64,000 nt of DNA. Source: Chlorokybus atmophyticus (taxonomy: Eukaryota; Plantae; Mesostigma and Chlorokybus algae). Below, one piece after another: positions 12,497-24,463 of this stretch (positions are counted from its first letter, which is position 1; every line of letters starts with the position of its first letter). The position numbers and the translations under genes were made by a program. Where the stretch lies: positions 69,563 to 133,562 of the forward strand of contig RHPI01001442.1 of NCBI GenBank assembly GCA_009103225.1. Direction: 5' to 3'. Below the pieces are notes generated by a model. That model saw nothing but the letters and a program-made list of their open reading frames with translations, had not been told where the DNA came from and searched no databases.

Positions 12497-15400
12497 ATGG
12501 CAGTGTGCCCAGCGTGTCTCTGTCAGCAGCCTGAGGAGCTTAAGAATATAATTATTGAGGATAGTGGACCTGGAACAGCACTGGCAGCAGAGCTTGCAGG
12601 CATACCATGGGGTGCGAGTTGGCTCGTGGCATTAATAACAGGGCAATGGCTTGCTTTACCTTCCATGTCACTTGAGCAGCTGCAAACCTTGTCATCATCT
12701 CCCATCCCCATCCAAGTGAAGGTTACGCGTCCGCTTGCGGCACCCTCAGCGTCAGCCCTTCCACATGCAGGTGCCCATCAGCTGCAGCTGACACTTATGC
12801 AACCCGTGCTCCCTCCCGCTCACCTGTGTACAGCTATTCTCATTGCTTGGGAACTTGTCTCTTACGCATGTGTGCGTGTTGCTCTTTATACTCGTGCTGA
12901 TGCGGAAGGATACAACTGCGCAGCTACGCTCGATGCCGGACATGAGGAAGGGTGGCGTGTTCTTCTTGAGCAATTCCAACAAGAAGAGCTGCGATTCCTC
13001 CGCCAATTTGAGCAGCAACTGCAGGAGAGTCAGCGCCGCATACAGTTGCAGCTTCACAGCATGTCCCCATTCATCACGCATCCCGCACAGTTGGGCAACA
13101 GTACCTAGATTTGGTCAGCTGCTCCAGTGACGTGCTCAACAACTTGTTGGAGAGGGATAAAGAGCTTCTGCGTAACCTCATTGCGAAGACTGCAGCGGGA
13201 ATCTCTGCTACCACGGACTAGTCTCTAAATATGGTATCCACCGCTGCTTGAATCTGCTGCTGCGAATGCTTGACCAGACTACTTGAAGAGTAATACACGA
13301 CCCGACACCAGCTCCGCAGTCAAGGGGTTGTTCAATGCGTGCAGTGTGTGCGCGCGTGCGCATGCGCATGCGTGTGTGCCAGCAGGCACTGCAGCAGCTG
13401 CTGTGCGACTACGTAGTCCATATGTTGTCTGCAGTTGCACCCGTAGCTGCTCTAGTAGCTGGTGTTGTGGTTGCACACCGACGGACACAACAGCCCATGT
13501 GGGCAGGTAATGACAAATGTGTGCATGTACATGCATGTCTAACGGGAAAGGCTAGCAGGTGTAGCTTAGTGTAGTAGATTGGCCCATGGTGACAACGGTG
13601 AGATGTATATCTGTGTGCATGCAAAGCTTGAGTGATGTGCATCTTGCATGCGTCTGCCCAACAGCACGTCACATGTCCTGTACACAGTGCCTGCAATAGC
13701 ATCGCTAGTATGGCGTTTGACATGTGATGCCGTGCCATGCCATGGCAAGCTGTCTGTTCACATGTGTACCTAATGTGCACAAGTGGATTGGCATAACAAG
13801 ACTTCGAGTGCGGTGTTCAGCACCTAGTCGTAGTTAAGCTATGAGTACAAGCTGAAGTCTCATCACGCCAACTCTATGCCATACTCATCCTTCTGTCAGC
13901 TGCCAAGCGTGTATGCGGTTGCTTGCAAAGCGGTTATTGCCAACAGAAGTGTGGGTGCACCGCCACTAGCATATGTAGCATACAATCTTTGTACACCTTG
14001 CCAGCAACCCATGCATTGCCAAGGACATTCAACTGTGCGTGATCATTTTGCGTGTTGACTTGTTGCCCATGATCAAACAGCTTGCACACCTGCAATCAAT
14101 AGAAGTGAGAGGCACGCATACATCTCTCCTGCTCTGCATGCGTGACTGTGCTTGTGTGAAACCCTAGCGCTTCATTGCTTGTTCCATTGCTTGCTTCTGT
14201 GTGTTGAGTGCGCTTATGCGTCAGAATCATTGGATACCTCATACATAAGTGTGTGGGCGGGCGCGCGCACGCGCGCAAAATTTGCTATGCAGCGTGTTCA
14301 CTTGTGTGTACGCGCTCGCGCTGTTGCCCTTGATGAGTGTTGCGCACATAGCTATAGCGACTGTGGCCAATGTATGCCCAATACTCGCAGGCGAGGTTGA
14401 TCTTGCATCTGCGGCAGCAGGTGCGGCATTCAATATGCAGTTAATCCACTGGCTGCAAATCAACGGGCGAGTCCTCCACATCCCGTGAACAGCGGCCTTA
14501 AGCAGAAGGACTTGCCCACCCTGGTGCCGTTGAGTGGCTTTTGCACAAGCAGCAATATCGTTTGTCACAGCAAATGCAGGCGCTTATGCACATGTCCACA
14601 CATGCGCGTGCACGCGCATGCAGCATCCACAGCCGCCGTTGCGGTAGTGTACCTGTTTGTCGACTGTTCGAGCCATGGTCGCAGATGCAGCTATAGCCGC
14701 CAGTCAATGGCCTGCAGCGGCCATGCAGGCCGCATGGGCTTGCAGGTTGTGCACACAGACGATTCGGAAGAACCAAGTGCCATGGACTTGCATGTTTGCT
14801 GGCTTGTTGCACCCCCTCTACGTTACTCTTTAAAACAAATCACCACGTTCGCACCATCACAATTAGGTGACAGCGGTGAAGGCCGAAGCGGCGGCGGCGG
14901 CGGCTGAGGGAGTAGAAGGACATGAACGCGTCAAATACAGCTGCATCAGCAAACATGCCGACTCTTACAATACGACCAACATTGGCTCGTCACACGCCGT
15001 ATGGGTAGGGCATGACACAGCACTTCACATACCCTATACACGGCCCTGCTCTGTACCACTCACCCTACCACGCGCACTTCTGCCCCACCCTGTTGATCCA
15101 TCATGCATGCACACACAGCAGCTACCTGCCACACAGTCGTCGCAATGCACAATCAATGTGGACGGGAGCTGCACAACCAGATCACACCTTGTGTGCAACA
15201 CACCTCATTACACACTCACTTCAACTCTACATACACGACCACCGAGCTATGCCCCGCACTTACGGGTTGCTGACCTTCTACCCCTACCCCTACCTCTACG
15301 GGCCCCCTGTCAGTCATGTATGCATGCAATGCAGTTTGTACCTGCACATGTGCCGTGTGTGGACGTTCAGTGCCAATCCAACCCTTCACATTGGCGAAGG

Positions 15401-15706
15401 CGGCCAGCTGACTCCCCCCACTGCCACTCTCCACCCCAACCACCACCCACCGCCGTCACTGCTGTGCTACTTAGCAGTGCTGCACTTCAGGATCTCGTCA
15501 GCTACTATGCACAAACATCTCGCCCCATACGCGGTGTACACAAGTGCAGAGGGGATGCGCACATCCATGTGTGTTTCTACATGAGCGTGCATGGTTGTTG
15601 TGCTTGCGAGCAGGAGCAGATGGTTTTGGTAAATACAGTCCCTGCAAGATACTGGTCTTTGCACACAAGTCGCAGATTCACCAAAGACAATATGGGCATC
15701 ACATGA
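12497..15706 (+). CDS. Hypothetical multi-exon protein(s), unknown function
   Basis: 203-aa ORF 12497-13108 (…YTRADAEGYNCAATLDAGHEEGWRVLLEQFQQEELRFLRQFEQQLQE) and further AG/GT-bounded protein-like segments at 13383-13506, 14390-14485, 14868-15004, 15490-15567 and 15613-15706. Exon joining could not be resolved and it may be two genes. Confidence 0.35.
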
Positions 15707-15872
15707 CACGCAAAGGTGCAGTCTATAGACGGTCTTTGCCAACACTCCCTGACTAACCTATGACACCAATTGCAACATGCCGCAACCAGCTACTTGCTTC
15801 TGGGGTGGCCCAGCACAAGCAGTGGACGCACTTCTATGCTCCGTGATCTACCTTGCACACACCGAACAATAC

Positions 15873-18800
15873 TCAAAATGGCCTCCGCTTTCTTGCCTTG
15901 AGTTGCCGCAAGTTCCATGAGTTTCGGTAAGCCTCCTTGAAGCCATAATGCGGTTTGCGCTCAAACCATGTGTCCCCGGGCTCTGTGGTATCCCAGTAAT
16001 CACCGGTTGTGCTGTGACCATACTTCTGGATCTGCCAACATACACAAACGCATGTCTTTATGTCACGTTGTCTTGCCATCACGACATCACCAGCACAAGG
16101 ACAACCAGACAAGCAGCAACAAAGTCTTGAGCTGAAACTGACAGCATAGTATACAGTTAGCGTACCATGCCATTGCCAAAATGGTTTTCACCCCATGTTC
16201 TCGAGTACTGCTCCGAGCCCTCTTCCTTGCTCCAGTTCTCACCAGACTTGCGACCCTCACCACCCCAGCCATACTTCTCCTCCCACTTGTCGCCCCATTC
16301 TCTACGCTTGCCTGCTAACACATGAAACTTCAGTGCCAGAGCATAAGCACCTCCAAGTGGTGACAAAGCCAAACAGGGTATTCGTCGACTGCATAGCATC
16401 GCACTGACTCGTCATGTTCCATCAGACCAACTTCACAACTGGCACTGAACCGCTTGCCTGTGTAGGGATCAATTTCTTCAGCCCACCGGTCTGTCCACTT
16501 GGTTGCAGCTCCCTTGCCATCCCATTCCTCACCCCAACGCTCATGATGCACATGACCTGGATTCTTCGACCACTTGTCAGCAGTCTTCGACGTCCAGCCG
16601 CGTGCATCATATGCTTCCCACCTGCAGCATACCATGGTCAGTGAACACACATGCTGCACGCACATACTACCTGCACTGAAAGCAACATTGTCAACCAGTG
16701 CAAATGCCATGTTTTCTACTTGGTGCATGCCAGACGTACCACTTCTCCTCCCACTCTTCTCCTTGCCCAGTCTGGGCCCACTTGTGGGCGCTCTTTTCAA
16801 TTCTTGTGAGACCAGTGTCCGAATCCTGGCATACACACAGTCAGCCCCATTTTTGTCAAAATGACCTTTCATTCAGGGCTCCTTCTTGCCAGCATGCGTG
16901 CATGCATGCGTATCCACTTGCGTGCTTGTGTGTACTTCAATCAGTCCTGCATGTGCGGCACATGCGCGCGCGTGACATGTGTGACTGTGTGTGGGCGTGC
17001 AGACATTGGCAAATGCAGCCAGATGCACATCTGCTCACACGTGCGCGCGAGCGTACGTGTGAGCAGATGTGTGCAAACGCTGGTGATTGTATGCAAACGC
17101 CATGCGCGAGCAAGAGAGGGAGAGAGGGAGGCAGCGCGCGAGCGAGAGCGACAGTGAGCGGGAGAAAGAGGGAGAGAGGGGAGAGGGGGAGATGGCTGGG
17201 GTGATGATGTAGCTGGACAAACAACTTACCTGCGTCAATGCTTCCTTCCATGTCTCAGTCCAAGACCCCCCATTTTCATCTGCGCCAGACTTGCGCGCTC
17301 CAAGCTCGCGATAGCCAAGCCAATCGGACTTCTCCCACCAGGTCTCTTCCCACTCGATACCAGCTGCTGTTACACCTCGCAGCAGCGTCCACTTCACCCG
17401 CAGCCCGTTCTCACCTACAACAAAGAGTCACACACATGAGAGCATTGCGCAATTGGTGATTCAGATCGCCTAGAAGAATTGCATATTCAAGCTGAGGCAA
17501 AGCAGCTGCAAACATTCCCTGTGAAAGATGCAAACTCTTGCTATTACGCACCGAAGTCTTCGCCACTGGCACGCCACCATTGTGTACCATCTTCAGCGAT
17601 GCCAGATGCCTCTCCTAGTCCCAGATCTTCACCCCAATGATCTCCATGTGCAGTACGCACCTGCAGGCACCGAGTATGTCACCGAATGGTAAGTAGACCC
17701 CTTTTTCCAGGCTCAAGCACCCATATTCAACCAACTGCTGTACTTACCTCTGCAACCTGCTCAGCACCCTCGCTTTGCACGGGTGGTCGGTATGCAGTGG
17801 TCATTTCCATCACGGACTGCAATGGTGGAAGGTCTGCACTCAGCACAGCCATGCGCTCTACCTCACTCTGCAATGGTGGAAGCGCAGACCTACACAACAT
17901 TGGCTATGGTCAGTATATAACAATGGCCAGCCAAGCTCTAACAAACATAGCAAGCTATGTCAACAAGCACTGGCACCTTTGCAACACACTCTGCAAAGTA
18001 GTCGGGCGCTCTGGCTCAGCATAGATGGTCGAACTCTTCCCCTTTGCCTCAGCTCTCTGCCAACAGTCTCACAGTCAGACAGACCGGGAATAGCATAGCA
18101 TCAGCAAATAGGATGCTAGGCTCGTTAGCCAATGGCGGGCATCAGCTTCTGACAGTAACAGGTCTGTTACGACAGCTGCAGACAAGCATGTCACAAACCT
18201 GCAACTGTGGTGTAGGACTCCAGGGCGTTGGGTCCTGGTTAAACACACTGCTGGAGAAGCGCGCATGCTCAGCACCCCAGCGAAGGTTGGCATCCATTGA
18301 TCCACCCTTGCGCTGGGTTGGCGACGGTCTCCTGGTGCCAGTGCCTGTTGACTGCCGACTTGTCCCAGTCAACTGGTCATAGTCGTCCACACTTGCACCT
18401 GCGGGTGCCTGCCTTTGCGCAGCAATGGTCTGGTTGTTTTGTACAACCTCTGTGCCAGCAGATGCTGGTCTCATTGATCCATTGATTTGTGACTGCCTCC
18501 TTGTGCCAGAGGATTGATCACCAATACTGCCGCCAGCTGGTGGTCTTGTGCCGCCAGTAACTGTTGACTGCGTCCTCGTGCCAGTGAATTGGTCCTTATC
18601 ACCAGTTGGGCCAGCTGGTGGTCTTGTTCTGCCTGTTGACTGCCCCTTTGTCTCAGTGGATTGGTCATTGTCAACACCACTTGGACCCGTTGGTGGTCTC
18701 ATGCTGCCAGTGTTTTGCGCCTCCCTCCTTGTGCCATTGGATTGGGCATTGTCAACAACGCTTGCGCCAGCTGGTGACCCCGTTGTGCCAGTGCCATTCG

Positions 18801-19875
18801 ACTGCCTTCTTTTGCCAGCTGACTTGTCATTATCAACAGTACTTGCACCAGCGCGTTCCGCCCGAAGAAGCTGCCGCAAAACTGATCGCGTCATGTCCTT
18901 CTCCTCCTCATAGCGTTCAATTTTTCCATCTTCCCCGATAGGACTGCCCAGTGGTTTTTGCAGCAAGTCATTTGCGTCCCGAAGCACAGACTGTGTATGC
19001 ACTCGTACATAAGTGTTGATAGCATGCTACAAAACGCAATGCATGCAGCCAATGCAGGGAGGGCAGGGCAAGAGATAGCTCAACCTCAACGAGTACTGCC
19101 ACCAAACAATGAGTGTGCAATGCGTGCTGGTGCAGTGACAGAACCCCGCAGTACAGAGCAGTGCACAATAGTGAAGCTTACTGTCTCGTTTCCGTAGAGC
19201 GGACGCATTGCCAAAAGCAATGTGCGATGCACACTGTTTGCTATGCTTCAACATGCTGGTGCAGTGGAGTTATCCGGCACAAAAGAGTTGCGCAGGAGCT
19301 TACCTGTGCTCGCTCAAGTAAAGCCTGTGCTGTGGACTCTGATTCGGGGCCGCTTTCTGGCCTGTCTTTACCAATACCTTCTAAGAAAGCATTAAAGCTT
19401 GGCCGGTCTGATACGTCCACACCTGCACACAACCGTCGGATGAACAGGCTGTAACAGAGCATGCCAAGAGTACATTTTGTTTGATAGCAATTCCCTCATA
19501 CATTGCAAGCTTGAATATCAAGGTATGCATATCCATTACCGCGCAAACAACCTTGCCATGCTGCATTGAGCATAAGGCTGTACTATGACCAAAGTGTAAC
19601 CAAGTTGCACTCGCAGGCACGCACAGCTTGGCAGTAAACTGCAGCGCATGGCCATTGGTCAAGGCAATGCAACCACACATACCAGGTTTGTCACCATCGC
19701 CCGCAGCCTGGCAAATGGTGCTTGTCCGCTTCGCACCATGTTTGATGCGAGTTAAGCTCTTGGAGTGTGAGGACTGCTGATGCCGCCGACCAGGGGGACC
19801 TATGCTGCTGCTGCCTTGTATTTTGTGTATGTCAAGCAGTGCGCAAGTGCATGGCCTGGTAAGCGTGGACTCCAT
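15873..19875 (-). CDS. ESV1: ESV1/LESV-family Trp-rich starch-granule protein, most similar to EARLY STARVATION 1, with transit peptide and long repetitive N-terminal region
   Basis: Trp-rich repeats match the ESV1/LESV domain as I recall it: GIEWEETWWEKSDWLGYRELGARKSG; WEAYDARGWTSKTADKW; HHERWGEEWDGKGAATKWTDRWAE; WGDKWEEKYG; YSRTWGENHFGNGMVR|KYGHSTTGDYWD…WFERKPHYGF. ATG at 19875 (MESTLTRP…ICQAAGDGDKP|GT); TGA at 15875-15873. Confidence 0.88.
18330..18860 (-). repeat. Coding imperfect tandem repeat (~25 aa, ~7 units) inside the ESV1-like gene
   Basis: Units such as TGSMRPPTGPSGVDNDQSTETKGQS / TGRTRPPAGPTGDKDQFTGTRTQSTV / TGGTRPPAGGSIGDQSSGTRRQSQI in ORF 18142-19002. Confidence 0.8.
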
Positions 19876-20721
19876 GACTCCAGTCGTTTAGGTCATCAGT
19901 TGTTAACAAGAGCACGCAAGCCACCTTCCAAAAGAGTAGCCGTTCTGTGATAGCTGCATGGTGCCACAGAGTTAGAAACTGACACAAGGTATCGACCATG
20001 TACATGTGCCTGAACTCCGGTACATATCCAACAGCAGGACAAGGCAGACCGCCTGTGCCGCACACGCGGTCTACGTGCAAGATGTTCCAAGCTTCTTACG
20101 CAAGCTGCATTGACAAGCAGGAAATGCACGCCACAATGGCTATACACATTTAAACCGCAGCTTAAGCTGCAGCTCCGTAGCAATGTGCGATGAGGAACAG
20201 GCCATGGGTTTACGTGTTACGTGAAGACATTTGCAAATACATAACTGCATGCATTGTTTTCCTAGACGACAACAGCAAACACGTAAAACCAGGATTGAGA
20301 CGGGCAGGCATGCGGGGTCCACACGTTGCACCGTGCTTAGCACCGAAGGCAACCACACCGCACTCGTCTTGCCGCTCACCTCAACCTCTCATGGGCTCCG
20401 GTACTTCTTGGTGTAACCAATGCGCAGCAAGCAACTACCCCACGATCCTGAGCGGCAACAACCACCGCGCCGACGTCGCCAACGCCGCCAACCGAGCCGC
20501 CTACGTGGCTGCCCACGTCCCCGCCAGCTTGGCTGGAGTCAGCACTGCACTATCTTCTGATCAATTATGCTGAGCAGATGTGAGATCGTGCGAAATGAAG
20601 GATTACGGTGGATTACGGTTTGGCGAATCCAGTCCGCAACTCGAACTGGGCTTCAGATACGTGTGTTGTTTAGGCGCTCAGCAATTTATGCAGTATCGCG
20701 TTACAATGTTAACGAGTACAG

Positions 20722-20772
20722 TATACGCGTGTTCACTGAACACGAGTTCTCGCTGAGTTCAGCGAACGTATA
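20722..20772. promoter_or_regulatory. Nested double-hairpin element in the divergent promoter between ESV1-like and R3H genes
   Basis: TATACG[CGTGTTCA-C-TGAACACG]AGTTC[TCGCTGA-GT-TCAGCGA]A CGTATA: two internal inverted repeats closed by a 6-bp outer stem. The regulatory role is inferred from position only. Confidence 0.4.
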
Positions 20773-20979
20773 TATGTGCAGACTTCCGTGAGGTTTGCAA
20801 GCAGAGTGCGGTGCAGGCGGCGGTGGTGGCGGCGGAGTCGCTGTGTTAATCGGTGACGGGGTGTTTCTAGCTCCCCCCCCCACCCCACACCCTCCCATAG
20901 CTCCCTCCTGTAACTGACAAATGCAAGTACAGTAATTCAAGGCAAGTGGTGCACTGCTTCAGGGGGCTGGTTGTAACTC

Positions 20980-22131
20980 ATGCAGCTCACAGAGCTGCTG
21001 GCGCTGCTGAGCCGGTGCGAGGCGGACAGGCAGTTTATGTTCAGGCTTGAAGAAGAGGTTGCATTGTACGTGCGACGCAGTGTTGACAGCCAGGTGACGA
21101 AGCGTGAGCTTTCTTTTTTCTTATGCAGTCAGTGTGCTGTGCCAAGCTCAATCATTCCCACCCACAGGTGTTGGTCTTCCCCTTGCTCAACAGCTACTTG
21201 AGGCTGATGGTGCATGCAACAGCGCAGCGCTTCAGCATGAGCAGCACTTCAGAGCCCGCTTTTGACCACAATGTGAGTGTGTTGTGTCTCTGGCTGATTG
21301 TCGCACACACAATAAGTTGACGGCCACTGCACGCACCGACTGCACGTTATATGTCAAGCACATACATTTAACTGGGCTTCTTGCATTGGCAGGGCTTGAA
21401 GAGCGTGTTGTGTCGCAAGAAGCCCGGAACACGCTGTCCAGCTCTGTTGTATGCTGACTTGATACCCAACACGACTTTGAACACTCTTTATGACAATACC
21501 ATTGCTACATCTTCACCAGTGCAGGCACACTGTGAATACCTTTCTGCTCATGAGACTGCATGGCCGTTGCGGTACAGCTACTGTGGAGATGAAAGGGACT
21601 CAAGCCAGCTGCGCGCGAGGCCATGCGAGTACAATGCAACATGTGAACACATCAGAGAGATTTGCGTCATGCGCTCAGGAGGGGATGATGACGATGTTGA
21701 TAAGAAGGATGCGTGCGAGTGGCTTGCGGCTTGCCTGCCGGGTGCACCGTCTGTGCGGCAAGTGAACGCCAATATATATATGGCTGTGTTTCCGTCCATC
21801 ACTCTTGCATCTGCTGCTGACGGGGTGCAGGCTGTGGAAGGGCCACATGGGGCATCCTTCGCGTGCAGCATGCGCAGGATGCAGGTGAGACTGGTAGAGG
21901 TGTGTTGGTGTACACATCAGGTGTGCTTGCACGTACGTGCGTGCATGCCTGTTTGTCTGCGCGCGCGCACATGTATGGTACTCGGTGTATACTTGTTGTG
22001 TGCAACAGGATGCAAGCTCTGACACTCTGGAGGCGTGCGGGCTACCGCCTCCCAGGCGCAGGCGGCACATGGATACTGCTGCTATGGGTCGCATGCTGCG
22101 GCACGCGCTACCAAAGTCGACTACAACTTAG
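20980..22131 (+). CDS. R3H-domain protein with C-terminal RRM-like region (R3HCC1-like)
   Basis: FMFRLEEEVALYV…|VLVFPLLNSYLRLMVHATAQRFSMSSTS is an R3H motif (RxxxH). Later VNANIYMAVFPSITLA is RRM-like, and MDTAAMGRMLRHAL resembles the R3HCC1 C-terminal helix. TAG at 22129-22131. Confidence 0.75.
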
Positions 22132-22499
22132 TCAATAAGGGTCCTTGTTGCCCACTGCTCGCACGCATAGCACCAAGTGCGGCACACTGCACCATGCCTC
22201 CAACCACACATGTGCACATGCATGCACGTTCAGTTGCGTGCATCATGCATATTGACATCAAGCGCAGATGTGCTGGCAAGCGAAACATTGGAGCACGACA
22301 ACAAGCTGCAATCGTCTCGGTCCGACACTGTCGGTTACACATCCTTGCTGATGAGCCATCGGCATGCAATACTCAACATAGCGAGTCCAAGCTTTCATAC
22401 GGCGCAAATAAGCTCCATGTATTCAGGTATGGTGGTGATGCGTAGCTTTGGCTAAATATATTGACGAGAGACACAACTGCACATGGTGCAGCAATTGTT

Positions 22500-24200
22500 A
22501 TCATGGTTGCATCTTGTTCATTTTGACCTTACAAATGTTTCGTAGTGCCGCCACTCGTAATTCGTGTGTTGTCATCACATGCAAAGCTCAGTGGAAGTAG
22601 GAGCGGGATGAACCCTTACTTGGGTATGTGGAAAGGCCCCGTCGAACAACCGCTTCACATACGAATGAAGTGTATGACATGAAAGCTCATAACCGGTGGG
22701 CAAGCATCACATCATATCTGATTACCAATGTCCACTCCTACTCACGCTCTTAACCACTACACAACAACATCGAGTGTTAAGATATGCCAAAATATACACC
22801 CACACCATAAACCCACATCGCTGGATTCCATTAATGCTAGTGTATGCAACATATAATTCCTACAGCCAAGCTTGTCAATAGAAAATTCGCTCTATCTCAT
22901 AAATGTGTATTACAATATGTATTACAGTATGTATTACAAAAAAGTTTATATCTGCAATTGCAGATATGAACTTTCTTGTAATATATACTTTACGGACTAC
23001 GCCTTGTGCAAACTTCATACTACATTATGCAATGGATGTATGTTGCGAACCACCAATGTGAATCACACATGATTGAAACCATTCTGGAGTTCGGCGCATA
23101 AAGCTAACACTTATGATCTGCTCTGTATGCACTCAAAATTAATTAATAATAACACACAGGTTTTGGAGTTATATATGATTATAAAGTATATCAGCAACTG
23201 CGCGATGATTATTATGCAATCATATTTAATAATGTGAATGATAGTTAATTGCAAATCTAGCTAAAACATTTCAACTCAAGTAAGGTTGAACAATAAACGT
23301 CATTATCATTACAACATAAGGATAAAAGGACTCATGTATAAATTACGTATAAATGCATATAAATATCATGTCATGATATTCAGCTGCCATGGCATGGCAG
23401 ACGTTGTTACAACTCGTAGTTGTTATCCAGGGCCCGACAGCCTGCGATATTCACTTGCAAAACATGTGTGACGTATATTACCCATGCAATTACAAACAGA
23501 TGCTAACAACTTGATTTAATAGCCATCATGAAATCAGCCAAACTAGAAGTGAACGTCAACGTACCAACTCAATGACAAGCATGCAAAATCAAGTTATACA
23601 TAATAATGATATTGCTTCTCGTGATTTGATTGAAGATTATTATGTACCGGTAAGAAGACCATCACATGCGATATGCGATGTGCGGTTGGCGATGGGATAT
23701 GCGCTACCCGCCTGCCATTCATTGGCTGGGCGGCGACTACCAGCCTCAAGCCTTTGGATTTACATTGGGTAGATCTCGGCCGTCCAAAGCACATCCCAAG
23801 GTCACAATAACACGAATACATGACTCACGTGTTCAGTTTTATCAAGGGATGCCCTAAAAAGTGAAGGCATTGCTATTGAATCTGACATGACCTTTGGCCG
23901 TGCTGACAAATCCATTCCCAGGAAAGCGACAAGCATGTCCGCAGCGCAGCTGTGGACACTTCACAGAAAGCACAGAACACCTTAACCGTAAACATGTCAG
24001 TCGGACTTCCTTTGGGACGCCGCCGATAGAATACCGGACACTAAACCCTGTCCTTTCCGCTCGGGCACGGTCGTGGGTGCACTGGTGGCGGATCGGCGAA
24101 AGCAATCTACCATCCGGTTGTACCGGTCGCCTTAACGGCGCGTGAATTAAAGACTGCTCTGTAAGCTCGCCACCATTGTACGCACAACCGCGTTAGCCTG
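22500..24200. other. AT-rich intergenic spacer 2 with palindrome and short tandem repeat
   Basis: 12-bp-period TGTATTACA(A/G)TA x3 (22906-22938) adjacent to the perfect 20-bp palindrome ATATCTGCAATTGCAGATAT (22948-22967); no credible CDS. Confidence 0.55.
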
Positions 24201-24463
24201 CCGCCGCCGCTGCCGCCGCCGACGTGAGCGCATACTTGTCATTGACAAGACGGTTCTGGAGCAGAAGAGAGAGCGATGGGGTGCCATTGACTAGCATGCT
24301 AGATTTGACCACTGGACAGTAAGCCCAAGGCTTGTGCTGGAGCTGACGCATGGTTCTGGCTGGTGGGTCAAGGCGGTGCTGGAGTGGTGGTTGGTGGGGT
24401 GGTGGGGGGAAGAGCGTGTGGTAGCATGGGGGCGGCGGAATTGCCGAGAACGGGGTTGTGAAA

